Part shown: piece after piece, positions 37,879 through 49,635 of the stretch
How the letters are laid out: each line of letters begins with the position of its first letter
Position numbering within the stretch: the stretch's first letter is position 1
Source of the DNA: Eledone cirrhosa
Taxonomy: Eukaryota
NCBI GenBank assembly: GCA_964016885.1
Contig: OZ024744.1
Coordinates: 63,922,001-63,986,000 of the forward strand
DNA length: 64,000 nucleotides
Direction of reading: 5' to 3'
The notes under the pieces: model-generated
The model's database searches: none
What the model saw: only the letters and a program-made list of their open reading frames with translations
What the model was told of the DNA's origin: nothing
Translations under genes and position numbers: made by a program

Positions 37879-38302
37879 AATATTGTGTCTTCTGTTATCT
37901 ATTTAGCAGTATATGTTGTTGGTGTTGTTGTTTAACCCCAGGTCATATATGATCCAGTAGACATATGATCTATTTAGCTGTTGTTGTTTAACTCCAGGCC
38001 AAATGTGATCCAGTAAATATAAATAATAATAATGAAATTATTGTGTACAGTGCTCAGGTGCACTACAACTCATCAAAGGTGCATGTATAGTACATAGAAT
38101 AATGTACAAATGTCAGGAAAATAAACAGTGTATGAGTCATGATATAATAACAATAACGAAATATTGTGCACAGTGCCCAGGTGCACCACAACTCATCAAA
38201 AAAGTGCATGTACAGTACATAGGGCAATGCACAAACATCAGTAAAATGAACAGTGCACGAGTCATGATATACACATGTGTGCATGTGTATGGAAGGGGTA
38301 CA

Positions 38303-41134
38303 TCAGGTGTAGTTTTGGCGTATTTTGGGAAGCATGAGTGTCTTAAAGGATGCAGTGTCTCGGCAGCTAACAATTGACGCAGGCAGTTTGTTCCATGCTT
38401 CCGCAACTCTGAGCGTGAAAAAATGTCTGCGAAAGTCATGGGAGCTGTGCTGTTTTCTTATCTTGTAGGCATGTCCACGTGTGTTAGACACATGGAGATC
38501 AAAGAGGCGCTCAGGGTTGCAGTTGGCGAGATGTTTAAAAACTTTGTGGGTATTCACCAAGTCCATTGCCAGACGTCGGAGCTTCAATGAATCCATGCCC
38601 AGGAAAGCAAGGCGTTCAGAGTATGGTAGGTGTCTGATGGAGGGTATGCGCTTGGTTGCACGTCTCTGAACAGTTTCCAGGAGGTCAATGTTCCGAGCAA
38701 GATAGGGGTTCCAGACTGATGATGCGAATTCCAAGTGTGGTCGCACCATAGCTGTATACAGTTTTAAATAGATGGCTGGAGAGCGGCTAACAAAGGTCTT
38801 GCTGAGTGATGCCAAGACACCCTCGGCCTTCTTGACAATCTTAGAGACATGCTTTGTCCAACGCAAATCGTTGCTGACAGTAATGCCCAGGTCACGTTCA
38901 CAAGAGGACTTTTTGATGTCAGTGTTGTGGAGGGAGTATGTGGACGCTGGATTTTTCCTTCCAAAATGCATGGTGGTACACTTGTCCACAGCCAGCTTCA
39001 GTTGCCAGTCTGTGATCCATTGCTGCATTGTGTCCAGGTCTGATTGTAGGAAAGAGTTGTAAATTTCAGGATCAGTCCTTTTGATTTCAAGGTACAGCTT
39101 GATGTCATCTGCATATTTTAGTACCGTGGCATTCTGTAAGTTGGCATCTATGTCATTAATATATGCCACAAACAAAAGAGGACCAAGAACAGATCCCTGT
39201 GGTACACCAGATGACATCTCATATGGTGAAGAATGCTGTCCTAGAACCGTGACTACTTCCTTTCGGCTGAGAATGAAGGATTTCAGCCAGTCGAAAAGAT
39301 CATCCCTCACACCCATTGCAGAGAGTTTTGCCATAAGTCTTTTGTGTGGCACAGAATTAAAAGCCTTAGCAAAGTCAAGGTAAACAACATCCACCCATGA
39401 GCCGCTGTCAGTGATCCGGGTGATGTCCTCAAGAAACTCGATAAGCTGATCACAGCAGCTGGAGTTAGGGATAAATCCAAACTGTGAGGGCCGGATGTGG
39501 CTGTGAGAGCTCCAGAAGTTCCAAAGTGTTTCTCTGACACAGGATTCCATCAGTTTGGCCATACAGCTAGTAAGACTGACTGGACGATAGTTGACAGGTG
39601 ACATGCGGTTGCCCTTTTTGAACAGGGGAATGACACTGGCAGTTTTCCACTGCTCCGGAGTAGCACCATTGCTGAGACAGTATTGAAAGAAAAAAGAAAG
39701 CTGGCGCAAAAGGAAATCCCCGCCACGTTTGAGAAGCAGGTATGTCACACCATCAAGACCAGGGGAGGCATAGTTGCGCTTATTCTTAAGGTGACGTCGC
39801 AACATTGCAGGTGTAAATTCCATAGTTGTTATGGAATTTGATGTTAGAGATGGTGGAGATGGTACATTCTGGTCTTCAACAGTAAAAATACTTGCATAGC
39901 ACTCAGCAATGAGTTCTGCGCATTCCTTGGGATCGTCAGTGATCTGGCTTGTGTGGGGATTGCGAAGAGGACCAACTGGAGAGTGAGGTCTCTGCTTTGA
40001 ATGAACATATTTCCAGAACACCTTACTGTCAGGATTGGTTGCGATGCACTGTTCAAATTCAAGCACTGCCTTCTTTGTCACTTGCTTGAGATGGTTAGAA
40101 GATTTATTCCGCTTTTTTCTGTTGGCATCTGATCTATGCAGTTTATATTCCCGTTCAGCGTTCCGACGTTCTTTCCTGGCAAGTCGGACCGCTGAAGTTT
40201 CCCAGATTGCACTTTTGGGGTGGTTATTTTTCCGCTTCCGTGGCACTGATGCTGCACACGCTATCCATATTGAGTCCAGGATGCTCTGGAGTATAGAGTT
40301 CACATCTCCAGAGTTATACATCTCATGCCAGTTTGGGCGCTGTAGCTCAGTGCAGTACAAGTTCCAATCCGCCCTCTTCCAATCAAAGCAAGCAGATTGG
40401 AGATGGCCCTGGTTTTTGTTGCTGCCCTCAAGTGCCAGATTGGCAATGATCATAGCATGATCAGAGTCGCCTAGAGGTTCCTCAGTAGTACAACTGATAA
40501 CCACTTCAGGAGTAGTGGTGAAGATCAGGTCCAAAGTGTTGTCACCTCTTGTTGGAGAGGTGACTACTTGTGACCAGTTTGAGTCCAGCACTAGTTCAAG
40601 GAAATCGTTTGCACCCTGTGGCCAACGAAAGGTTTCCCAATCGATCTCAGGATGATTGAAGTCACCTGCAATAAACACATAAGTGGCTGTTTTCTTGGCA
40701 GCAACTCTGAGGATATCGCAAAGCTGTGTGTCCTGATGGTAGTTTGGGGGTCGATAAACAACACCAAGCAGAAGTGTTGACATGGTCATACGTATGTCAC
40801 AGAAAAAAACTTCTTCCTGTGATTCGTTCAAATCAACGCAAGGAATTACCGAAAAGTTTGAATGAACGTAGACCATCACACCACCACCACGGCGGTTAAT
40901 GCGGTCCTTGCGGAAAAGGTTGTACCCAGTAATGGTGAAAACCCCATCACAGAGTAAGGAATGTGCCCATGTTTCCGTGACTGTGATGAAGTCAGGGTCG
41001 ATGCTTCTGACGTAGGATTCGAACAGATGTATCTTGTTGCATAAACTGCAAGCATTTAAGGACAACAATTTGTACCCTGCTCGCAGTTTATGATGGTGTG
41101 TAGAGGGTGGCAGGTTGTTCTGGTTTAGTTTCCC
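38303..41134 (-). CDS. CR1 ORF2 (APE endonuclease + reverse transcriptase)
   Basis: 921-aa open frame with LNACS, TETW, GDFN, LDL, SDH, YRPVSL, YLDFAKAF, GVPQGSVLGP and YADD. The frame stays open upstream through the GGGAAAC heptamer at 41134. Confidence 0.9.
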   Translation of the reverse strand, partial: GKLNQNNLPPSTHHHKLRAGYKLLSLNACSLCNKIHLFESYVRSIDPDFITVTETWAHSLLCDGVFTITGYNLFRKDRINRRGGGVMVYVHSNFSVIPCVDLNESQEEVFFCDIRMTMSTLLLGVVYRPPNYHQDTQLCDILRVAAKKTATYVFIAGDFNHPEIDWETFRWPQGANDFLELVLDSNWSQVVTSPTRGDNTLDLIFTTTPEVVISCTTEEPLGDSDHAMIIANLALEGSNKNQGHLQSACFDWKRADWNLYCTELQRPNWHEMYNSGDVNSILQSILDSIWIACAASVPRKRKNNHPKSAIWETSAVRLARKERRNAEREYKLHRSDANRKKRNKSSNHLKQVTKKAVLEFEQCIATNPDSKVFWKYVHSKQRPHSPVGPLRNPHTSQITDDPKECAELIAECYASIFTVEDQNVPSPPSLTSNSITTMEFTPAMLRRHLKNKRNYASPGLDGVTYLLLKRGGDFLLRQLSFFFQYCLSNGATPEQWKTASVIPLFKKGNRMSPVNYRPVSLTSCMAKLMESCVRETLWNFWSSHSHIRPSQFGFIPNSSCCDQLIEFLEDITRITDSGSWVDVVYLDFAKAFNSVPHKRLMAKLSAMGVRDDLFDWLKSFILSRKEVVTVLGQHSSPYEMSSGVPQGSVLGPLLFVAYINDIDANLQNATVLKYADDIKLYLEIKRTDPEIYNSFLQSDLDTMQQWITDWQLKLAVDKCTTMHFGRKNPASTYSLHNTDIKKSSCERDLGITVSNDLRWTKHVSKIVKKAEGVLASLSKTFVSRSPAIYLKLYTAMVRPHLEFASSVWNPYLARNIDLLETVQRRATKRIPSIRHLPYSERLAFLGMDSLKLRRLAMDLVNTHKVFKHLANCNPERLFDLHVSNTRGHAYKIRKQHSSHDFRRHFFTLRVAEAWNKLPASIVSCRDTASFKTLMLPKIRQNYT

Positions 41135-41590
41135 AGAGTTGTAGCAGTTTTTACATTGCCAGTTATTGCGGGTAGATCACACTCAGACCAGCTGGTATCT
41201 CTCTTCCACGTTTCACCAGCCTTGACAAACCTCCAGATCTGCCCATCATCACGCAGACTGAAACTTTCATCTTGTGCTGAGTTCCGATTCAAGGAAGCTG
41301 CAGCACGTAGCTTTGGACGTACATGGGGTGGTAGGCCTGGGTGTGTTCGGAAGGTAATCCGATTTTCACGCCCAGCTTTAGCAGAGGCCAGATGATATGA
41401 GGTTGCCTCTGCGGGGTCCGAGAAAGACAGCCTGATGAGTCTGGGTTTTGGACCAGGTCGACCAAGGCGGAGGGCACCCTTTGGGGGAACACAGCCTAGG
41501 TCTTTGGCTGAGCTGGCAGCAAATGCCTGAAGATCAGCCTTGTCCTCTGGTACCCCAATGGCAATCACTTCATGGGTAGCAGATTCCGCA
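41125..41590 (-). CDS. CR1 ORF1 C-terminal part
   Basis: IAIGVPE...RLGRPGPKPRLIRLSF, typical of the RRM-type LINE ORF1. It ends ...LGN*. Confidence 0.75.
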
Positions 41591-42049
41591 GTCTTTTCAG
41601 TATATGATCTATTTAGCAGTATATGTTGTTGCTGTTGTTGTTTAACCCCAGGTCAAATGTGATCCAGTAAACATATGATCTATTTAGCAGTATATGTTGT
41701 TGCTGTTGTTGTTTAACCCCAGGTCAAATGTGATCTAGTAAACATATGATATATTTAGTAGTAAATTTGTTGTTGATTTTTCCAGTTCTTTAGAAACACT
41801 ATCTTTAAGAGTCCACACAAGGCTTGCAAGTTTAGTGCTTGCTTTTTTTTTTTTTTTTGATATCTGAAAGTTATCTTGTAGTTTTTAAATTGGCCTTTCA
41901 ACATTCTTACATAGATTTTAACAGCCTGTTGTCAGTTGGGTTGAGGTGACCTTGGCTTCATCTATGACAGTGGGCACATTCTAAGCTTAGTCTAGGTGCC
42001 ATGCCTCTGGCCTTTTGCATGAGTAACCTGGTGTGGAGGAGCTTATAGA

Positions 42050-42200
42050 TTTCTTGGTGAGATAGTTTTTACATTCCTGTCACAGGAATAGCCAATTTTA
42101 ATGGTATGTCTGCGTTTGTAGCCTACAGGGAAATGTTTATCTATGAGAGCTAAGAATTTCTTTCCTACATTGGTCTTAACATTTAAGAAGAAAATCCACC
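42050..42200 (-). mobile_element. Penelope-like element ORF fragment
   Basis: NVKTNVGKKFLALIDKHFP...TIKIGYSC, the linker preceding the GIY-YIG domain in PLEs. Confidence 0.65.
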
Positions 42201-45028
42201 TTTGCCAGATTAAAGGAACTAGAACACTATGGATCCCACTCACTGACCAGTGATATCACCTTCATAACCCTATCCCCACTCTACATTATTATCTCCCTTT
42301 ATTTTAATTTTAAATAGAGTTAACAACCAAATTACCTCCCTTAGGAGGTAACTAAATACTGAAATAATTATATATATATATATGAAAATATTGTTGTACT
42401 TTAAAGAATAAGAGTTTTGAGTTTTTGAGTCTATTATAATAATAATAATTGTTTCTACTTTAGGCACAAGGCCAGCAATTATCCAGTGCATTACTGGTAC
42501 TTTATTTTATCGACCCTGTAAGGATGAAAGGCAAAGTCAAATTATAAAAATGAAATGATTGTATACAGTGCTCAGGTACACTACAACATATAAGTTTCTC
42601 ATTTCTTCCTTCCATTGTATTTGAAGTAGTTTATACGAATATATTTATAAAATCGTTAAAACCAATTAATTATAACTATTATGGTCTGTCTGATCCGGTT
42701 TAGATTACGTGGGGGGTAATTTCATTACACTACTGAGAATGTAGAATATTCCCAGTGGTCCTTACCCTTAAAGAGGTAGATTTCTGTGCTAGTGAAACCT
42801 GGTTTCAAATTATTACCCTGGTAATATTTGTAGTAAAGGGAGATAACATTACGTCTTATCCCCCACACACACACGCCGCCCCCTCTCCTTAAATCTTTAT
42901 GTATGGAATTATTTCCTTCTATATTTTGTGTGCATATTCTTCTAGGGTTGATTTCACTTTTCATCAGTCTAGTGTCAGAGTGAGCACTTACCAAACAGTT
43001 GTCTCTCCTGCATCAATATCAAAGAATGCAATGCATGCATAATATATATATATATGTTGTTATACTTTGGGAAGGTCATGCTACCAATAAAAACACACAC
43101 ACCTGTTGGTTTTCACTTCAATTTATTATAAATTTCCGGTTGGTTGATTCAATAACCTTTTCATTTTCCACTCTATATATTGAAATCAACACTTTATATT
43201 TATTACCCTTTCTACTTCCATTTTTGGAACTCTTTCACAGACGAAGGAAAAGAACTAAACCGTTACAAAATAGTGTCAATATAGGCTGAGGATTTGAGGC
43301 CTGACTCAGAAATATCTGAGGTAGGCAACCAAAGAAACATTTGTACCTGAAGGACAACATAGTTAGAGCAATAAATATCTATGTGTGTATATATATATAC
43401 ACACACACCTCTTCGGTGTTAGTACCATAATAAAATGCATCCAATGTACTCTGTAAAGTAACTGATGTTTGAGTGGAGATACAGTAGGGTAGCGAGAGCT
43501 GCTTAATCTTATCAAAAACATAACCTCTCTAGTGTTGGTGTTATAAAATGCACCTAGTACACTCTGTTAAGTGGTTGGTGTTAGGGAGGGCATTAAGCTG
43601 TAGAACTCATACCAAAATTGGAATCAATGATGAAAAAGTGATCCATGCCTATCTGTCTACAAGAGCAGTAACTCTGAATAAGAACTGGTTTAGACGGAAA
43701 CAGCCCATTCAACTCATGCCGGCAAGGAAATTCAGCACGAATTCAGAACTTAATCCGAGTTACTGTCCTCTTGCTGATCGGCAAGAGCTCACATCTCACA
43801 TTATGGTTTTGGTGTGGTTACTACAATTGAACCTTTTCAAAGTGAATAAGTGAGTGTTTTATCATGGCACTAAAACTAGAGAGACTATCATGTCCTTGAC
43901 ACAACTGAAGAGTACTTTCAATCCTTTATTTGGTATATTCTCTACTTCTACAGCTGGATCATCATCATCGTTTAATGTCCATTTTACAGGCTAGCATGGG
44001 TTAGTTGGGTCATCCCATTTGAGGCAAATTGGATCAGGTGACCATGTCTTATTCATATAGGGCTGTTTCTGGCTAGATTTCTACGGCTGGATCCCTTCCT
44101 AATGCGAACCACATTTACAATGTGTGATGGGTGTTTTTTTTTTGTCATGACACCTACACGACCACTTTACAGTGTGGACTGGATGCTTTTTCTCATAACA
44201 CCTACACGACCACTTTATAGTGTGAGCTGGGTGCTTTTTGTTGCGACGCCTACACAACCACTTTACAGTGTGAGCTGGGTGCTTTTTGTGATACCAACTT
44301 AACTTTACAGTGTAAGGGGTGATGTGGACATATATATATATATATCCAAAATTAAATTAAAGGAGTCATGTCCGGGATTTGACTACTGTGAGTTTACGGA
44401 TAAATGGTGAAATATATTCCTTTAATGAAACATATACAAGAAGATTAATGAAGGAAGTTCCATATCCTGCAAAACATCTATATTTGAAGTTCTAGTTAAA
44501 CTTTAATTAGTTACCTTCCTAGCTGTGTGTGCTTACATACTTTACAAATTATCCTGTGATTGTTTCATGTGTTTATTTTAGATATATATATTTCTAGTTG
44601 ATATATATATATTTACTATTGCTAAAGGCTTTATCTCACATAAAAAGATCAACTCATGGTGGGAGTAGGTTATGCCTGGAAGGAAGGTTGGCTGGTAAGA
44701 CAAACAGAGGTTGGCAGCCAAAACGATGGCTTAATAATGTCAACCTATGGACTGGACTTGATCTTTGCTTTTTAAACTCTGCTATTGGTGATCGAACTTT
44801 GTGGAGAAAAATATCTCATATTGATGTGCAGTCGGTAACTGGAGGAGTTTAGCGTCAAAGTAGTACCTTAACATCAGTATGAGCGGTTCGTTACAGCCAG
44901 TTTGAACGGAAAGAGATGAGGGAATTCTGGCTGGATATGGTCAGTTTAAATGCTAAAGGGTTAAAGATTTTAAGCTAGAAAATAAAACAACAAAAACAAC
45001 AGCAGATTATAAGTAAATATTAAACACT

Positions 45029-45163
45029 TTATAAAGTTTTGTACATATGAAAATTTCCTAGGTCAGTTTCTGAAGGTGTTTTACTCAATAGAGTATAACT
45101 TGCTGATGTAAGGATTTCAGTTGTATCAATTTCTCTCACCCACTCAGAAATATTGATGTTTGT
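45029..45163 (-). CDS. SAM-dependent methyltransferase-like gene, exon 9 (last)
   Basis: TTTTCTAG acceptor, phase 0, TNINISEWVREID...FHMYKTL*. Confidence 0.8.
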   Translation of the reverse strand, partial: TNINISEWVREIDTTEILTSASYTLLSKTPSETDLGNFHMYKTL

Positions 45164-45823
45164 CTAGAAAAGAATATAAATAAAAGAAATTAGTTATAAT
45201 AATTAGCAAATCATATGCAATACAAGTTCAAATTTTATCAAAATGTGATATTTTTCCTAATTTCTTTAACCCAACTATTCAATAAATACAGTATCTATTT
45301 TAAGTACAACATCTGCAAATTTGCAGTCTCAATATATATATATATACACAAGGTGTCACAAAAATGTGACAATATTTATTAGAATGCTGTTGAAATGTGT
45401 ATACATGTTTTGGGGACACCCTGTATCATCAGTACATCATCACTGTTTAATGTCCATTTTTTCATGCTAGCATGGGTTAGACGAGTTATCCTGGTGTGAG
45501 CAACGCCGGGTCAAGTGACCATGTCTTGCTCATACGGGAACTGATTCTGGCTTCATTTCTACAGCTGGATGCCCTTCCTAACACCAACCTCCTTTACAGT
45601 GAGTACTGGGTGCTTTTTGTTTTGTTTATTTACTGTGAGAAGGGGAGTGGGGGCATACTGTCTATATGCGTCAGCTTTGGCTTGTACCCATGGGAAGCAG
45701 CGTCTTCTGTCCTGTATATATATAATTATTTTAATTTTATTGAAATATCGCATTGCAAACAGTTTATTCTACCATACTCCCACTCCAACCACACATTAAA
45801 AAACAACAATAAAACAGAATTAC

Positions 45824-45914
45824 CTTTAAATTTTTTAATGAATCTTTAATACTTGGAAGCGTAATCAACACAACATGTCTGTTATGTAAATGAGAATGAA
45901 GGAAGTTCCATATC
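45824..45914 (-). CDS. methyltransferase-like gene, exon 8
   Basis: TTTTGCAG acceptor (phase 2), IWNFLHSHLHNRHVVLITLPSIKDSLKNLK, donor GTAATT. Confidence 0.85.
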
Positions 45915-46079
45915 CTGCAAAACATTTAAGATTTTAAATATTGTAAAAAAAACTCAAATTTATATATAGATTGCAATAGTTACTTTGTGTTTTTTTTTTG
46001 TTTTTTTTTGGCATTTTTCAAAATCTGATGAATCAATATATTTTCTTTCATTTCAAAGAAGTTTTGTCAATGAGATATT

Positions 46080-46600
46080 AAAATAATAATGAAAATATTG
46101 TGTACAGTGCTTAGGTGCACTACAACTCATCAAAAAGTGTATATATAGTACATAGGGTAATGTACAAACGTCAGGAAAATGAACAGTGCATGAGTCATGA
46201 TATACACATGTGTGCATGTGTATGGAAGGGGGACATCAGGTGTAGTTTTGGCGTATTTCGGGAAGCATGAGTGTCTTAAAGGATGCAGTGTCTCGGCAGC
46301 TAACAACTGATGCAGGCAATTTGTTCCATGCTTCACCAACTCTAAGCGTGAAAAAATGTTTCCGAAAGTCATGAGAGCTGTGCTGTTTTTTGACTTTGTA
46401 GGCATGTCCACATGTGTTAGACACATGGAGATCAAAAAGGTGCTCAGGGTTGTTGTTGACGAGATGGTTAATAACTTTGTGGGTGTTTACCAAGTCCATT
46501 GCCAGACGTTGGAGCTTCAATGAATCCATGCCCAGGAAAGCAAGGCGTTCAGAGTATGGTAGGTGTCTGATGGAGGGTATGCGCTTGGTTGCATGTCGGA
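46080..46600 (-). mobile_element. CR1 3' fragment in intron 7
   Basis: Near-identical to 38150-38670. Confidence 0.85.
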
Positions 46601-47303
46601 GAAGATTAAGATTATATTTAGTATGCAAAGAGTTTCAAGATTAACTTCCCTATAATTATAATAGACTTAGAGATGAAAGATAATATTAATGACCAGTATA
46701 TTTTATTTAATAGGTTATGAGTAAACAGTAATGTGTAAATGTGTAAAAATGAAAAAAAAAACAAAAAAAAACACAAAGTAACTATTGCAATCTATATATA
46801 AATTTGAGCAACTTCTGTCTGTCACACAATGTGTGTGTGTAAAAGGAAGGAAGGGGATGGTGAAAAAACTATAGCAAAACAGTGGCTGGTGTTCCATTTG
46901 CTGTGTGTGAGTGTATGTGTGTTTGTGTAAATGTGTGTTTGTGTAAATGTATGTGTGTGCTTGTGCGAATGTATGTGTGTGTAAATGAAAAGGGGATGGT
47001 AAAAAACTATAGCAAAACAGCAGCTGGCTTTCCATTAGCTACACTGTGCATGAGTGTATGTGTGTGTGTGAGTGTTTGTGAGAATGTCTGTCTGGGAGTG
47101 TGTATTTTTGTGCGTTTATATTTATATACTCATACATATAAATGCATGCATATACACATATACGTAAGCGTGTTGAAAAAAATTCTAGTACTACAATATT
47201 TTAGATTTCAAAATTGTCAAAACCATGCCAATGGTGAGGAATTAGATATTGGCCCGGAAAGGATTTTTCTTAAAAATGAAATTTGAAATATTGTTTTACT
47301 TAC

Positions 47304-47364
47304 TTAATTTGCATATCTATCGGCATAAAGAATTCAAAGACATTGTTCAAAATGATGATATCAG
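47304..47364 (-). CDS. methyltransferase-like gene, exon 7
   Basis: TTTTGCAG acceptor, (A)DIIILNNVFEFFMPIDMQI, donor GTAAGT. Confidence 0.88.
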
Positions 47365-47495
47365 CTGCAAAATAAATGTTTCCTTTATTGTATACATACA
47401 TATAAAATGATGTTAAATGATGAAAGAAAAAGAAAAAGAAGAAAAAAAAGAAAAAGTAAAAGAAAAAGCAGCAACAGCAGCTACAATTACTGTAC

Positions 47496-47541
47496 CTTTC
47501 TGTAAAAGGTCACTTCTGTTCAAAATGTTGTCATGATGAAT
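47496..47541 (-). CDS. methyltransferase-like gene, exon 6
   Basis: Acceptor TTACCAG, IHHDNILNRSDLLQK, phase-1 donor GTACAG. Confidence 0.82.
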
Positions 47542-47998
47542 CTGGTAACAGTAATTGAAATACAACAATAAATAGAAAATAAAAATAACTTACAATATAT
47601 TACATTTTTATATATGGGGTTTTTCCAACACAATGTTATTCATACTGGTATCTGATGGTCATTGTTAAAACCTATTCCTCAATACCAGTGGTCTCTAAGG
47701 GCATGCAATTGTCACAACCTATTCCGCAATACCAGTGGTCTTTGAGGGCCAACAATGATGCTGTTTGAGAGCTTGAAATGATGCTCATGGGTGCAACCTA
47801 TTCCTCCAGATAAATTATATTAAAAAAGATAAGAATATAAGGTTTAACAAATTTTAGTTATGTAAGCAGACCCCTACCTGTACACGTTTAGCCAGCTACC
47901 TACGAGGTTGCACCTCACAGATGCCTCTAGGGTGTTTTAATTATAGTGGCCTCAGTCCTAACATTGTCCACAATGATGTGGAAGATATATATATATAT

Positions 47999-48391
47999 GG
48001 AGGCACATGGCTTAGTGGTTAGAGCATTGGCCTTGCAGTCGAAAGGTTGTGAGTTCAATTCTCAGACCGGGTGATGTGTTGTTTCCTTGAGCAAGACACT
48101 TTATTTCACATAGTTCCAGTTTACTCAGCTGTAGAAATGAGATGATAGGACTGGGGTCCCTATCATTCCACTGTAAAGTGGACGTGTAGTTGCCACGGCA
48201 AAAAAGCACCCAGCCAACACTATAAAGTGGACGTGTAGGCGCCATGGAAAAAAGCACCCAGCACTCTCTGTAAATGAGGTTGGTGTTAGGAAGGGCATCC
48301 AGCTGTAGAAATCAAGCCAGAATCAGTTCCCGTCCCACCCTGGCAAGCAGGGAAAAGCGGACATAAAATGATGATGATGATGATGATGATG
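47999..48391 (+). mobile_element. full-length CORE-type tRNA SINE with RTE-derived 3' tail
   Basis: A box TGGCTTAGTGG, B box GAGTTCAATTC, CORE-like CCTTGAGCAAGACACT, a 3' part shared with the RTE 3'UTR (7790-7950), and an (ATG)n tail. Confidence 0.85.
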
Positions 48392-49527
48392 AAACAATCT
48401 CAAAAACAGATTATTTTAGACTCAACACATATCGTTCTTTACATTTCAACAGAAAAAAGGAGTTTAGAGTTAAGTAACAAATGTTATGAACAAGAATATA
48501 GCATAATTAAAACCAAAATCTAGCATCTAACCATTTCATTACCATATTTCTAATGAAATAAGCTGTATTTTATTTAAGTAATGAAGAATTTTGAGGAGTT
48601 CTCTAAAATTATTAATTTCATAATACTAAGATAGCAACTTAACATATGGTTCTTATATAAAATTATTTTGGAAGATTTGAATCTAAATAGAATCTTTTTA
48701 AAATAGGTGATTTTGTTTCATAGAACCAGAGATAGTTTTGGTCTGGTTGGTATCAAAAAGGGTTAATGATGCAACAGCGTTAGAAGAATAATGGTTTCTA
48801 AACTTGGCGTATGGCTACAATTTTAGAGAGGGATGAAGCTACACTGATTTAATCTATCCCACAAGCTAACTGATATGAATGTTAGTGAGTATGAAAGGTT
48901 GAAAAGCAAAACTGACTTCAACAATAGTTAAAACTTTTTTCTTTACTGTTTAGTCAGAAAGGAAAAAAACCAAGCCCATGATCTTTTCAAAACCTCCAAG
49001 ATTAATAGGATTAAGAAAAGGAAGAATGCACAAACCAGAGATCTGGTTAAAATGCTTGCAACATAGTAAACTCTGCTATAGGTATCCAAGGGCCAAGTGA
49101 TGGTGTTAAACCAGGCAACAAATTAAATCTACCATAATTCAAATCAAGCGCAGTGTGTTTTGAATTCAGAATGTAAAGAGCCTGAATAAACACCACGAGG
49201 CATCTCATCCAACACTTTAATAATTCTGTTAATCCACTTCTCCAAAAGTATGAAAGGCAAAGCTGAACTTGGCAGGATTTGAACTTAGAACGCAGTGGGT
49301 CAAAACAAATACTGCAAGGCATATTATAACGACTCCGCCAATTCACTGCCTAACTTGGAATGTAAGTACATCCAAATAACACAAGGGATTGTGTTTGATG
49401 CTCTACCGATTCTGGAATTGAATAACAATTTCACACAGAAGATCAGTTTTATTACATTTGGAAGTCTTCAAGCAGATGAAAAATTTACAATCATAACATC
49501 GTACTCCAGCTTTAAAAAAATACAAAC

Positions 49528-49635
49528 CTTAATTCGATCATCAAATTCATATTGCTTTATAATATTTTCTTGTATTTGGCACAGAGATTTGTCTATTTCA
49601 ATACCTTCAATATTTGCATTCGTGAAAAGATAAGC
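49528..49635 (-). CDS. methyltransferase-like gene, exon 5
   Basis: Phase 0-0, AYLFTNANIEGIEIDKSLCQIQENIIKQYEFDDRIK, containing the motif II acidic residue (GIEID). Confidence 0.88.

Larger units (their letters stand above)
38025..41600 (-). mobile_element. CR1-clade LINE, 5'-truncated in ORF1, with intact ORF2
   Basis: ORF1 3' part at 41125-41590, uninterrupted ORF2, duplicated 3'UTR and TTA-type tail. It is inserted into a roughly 70-bp tandem repeat present on both flanks (37898-38020, 41601-41775). Confidence 0.9.

Noticed and set aside
46812-47190. Segment repeated at 52248-52600, considered as an intragenic duplication
   Set aside because: It is a GT-rich dispersed repeat with no exon content, and its class cannot be assigned from the sequence.
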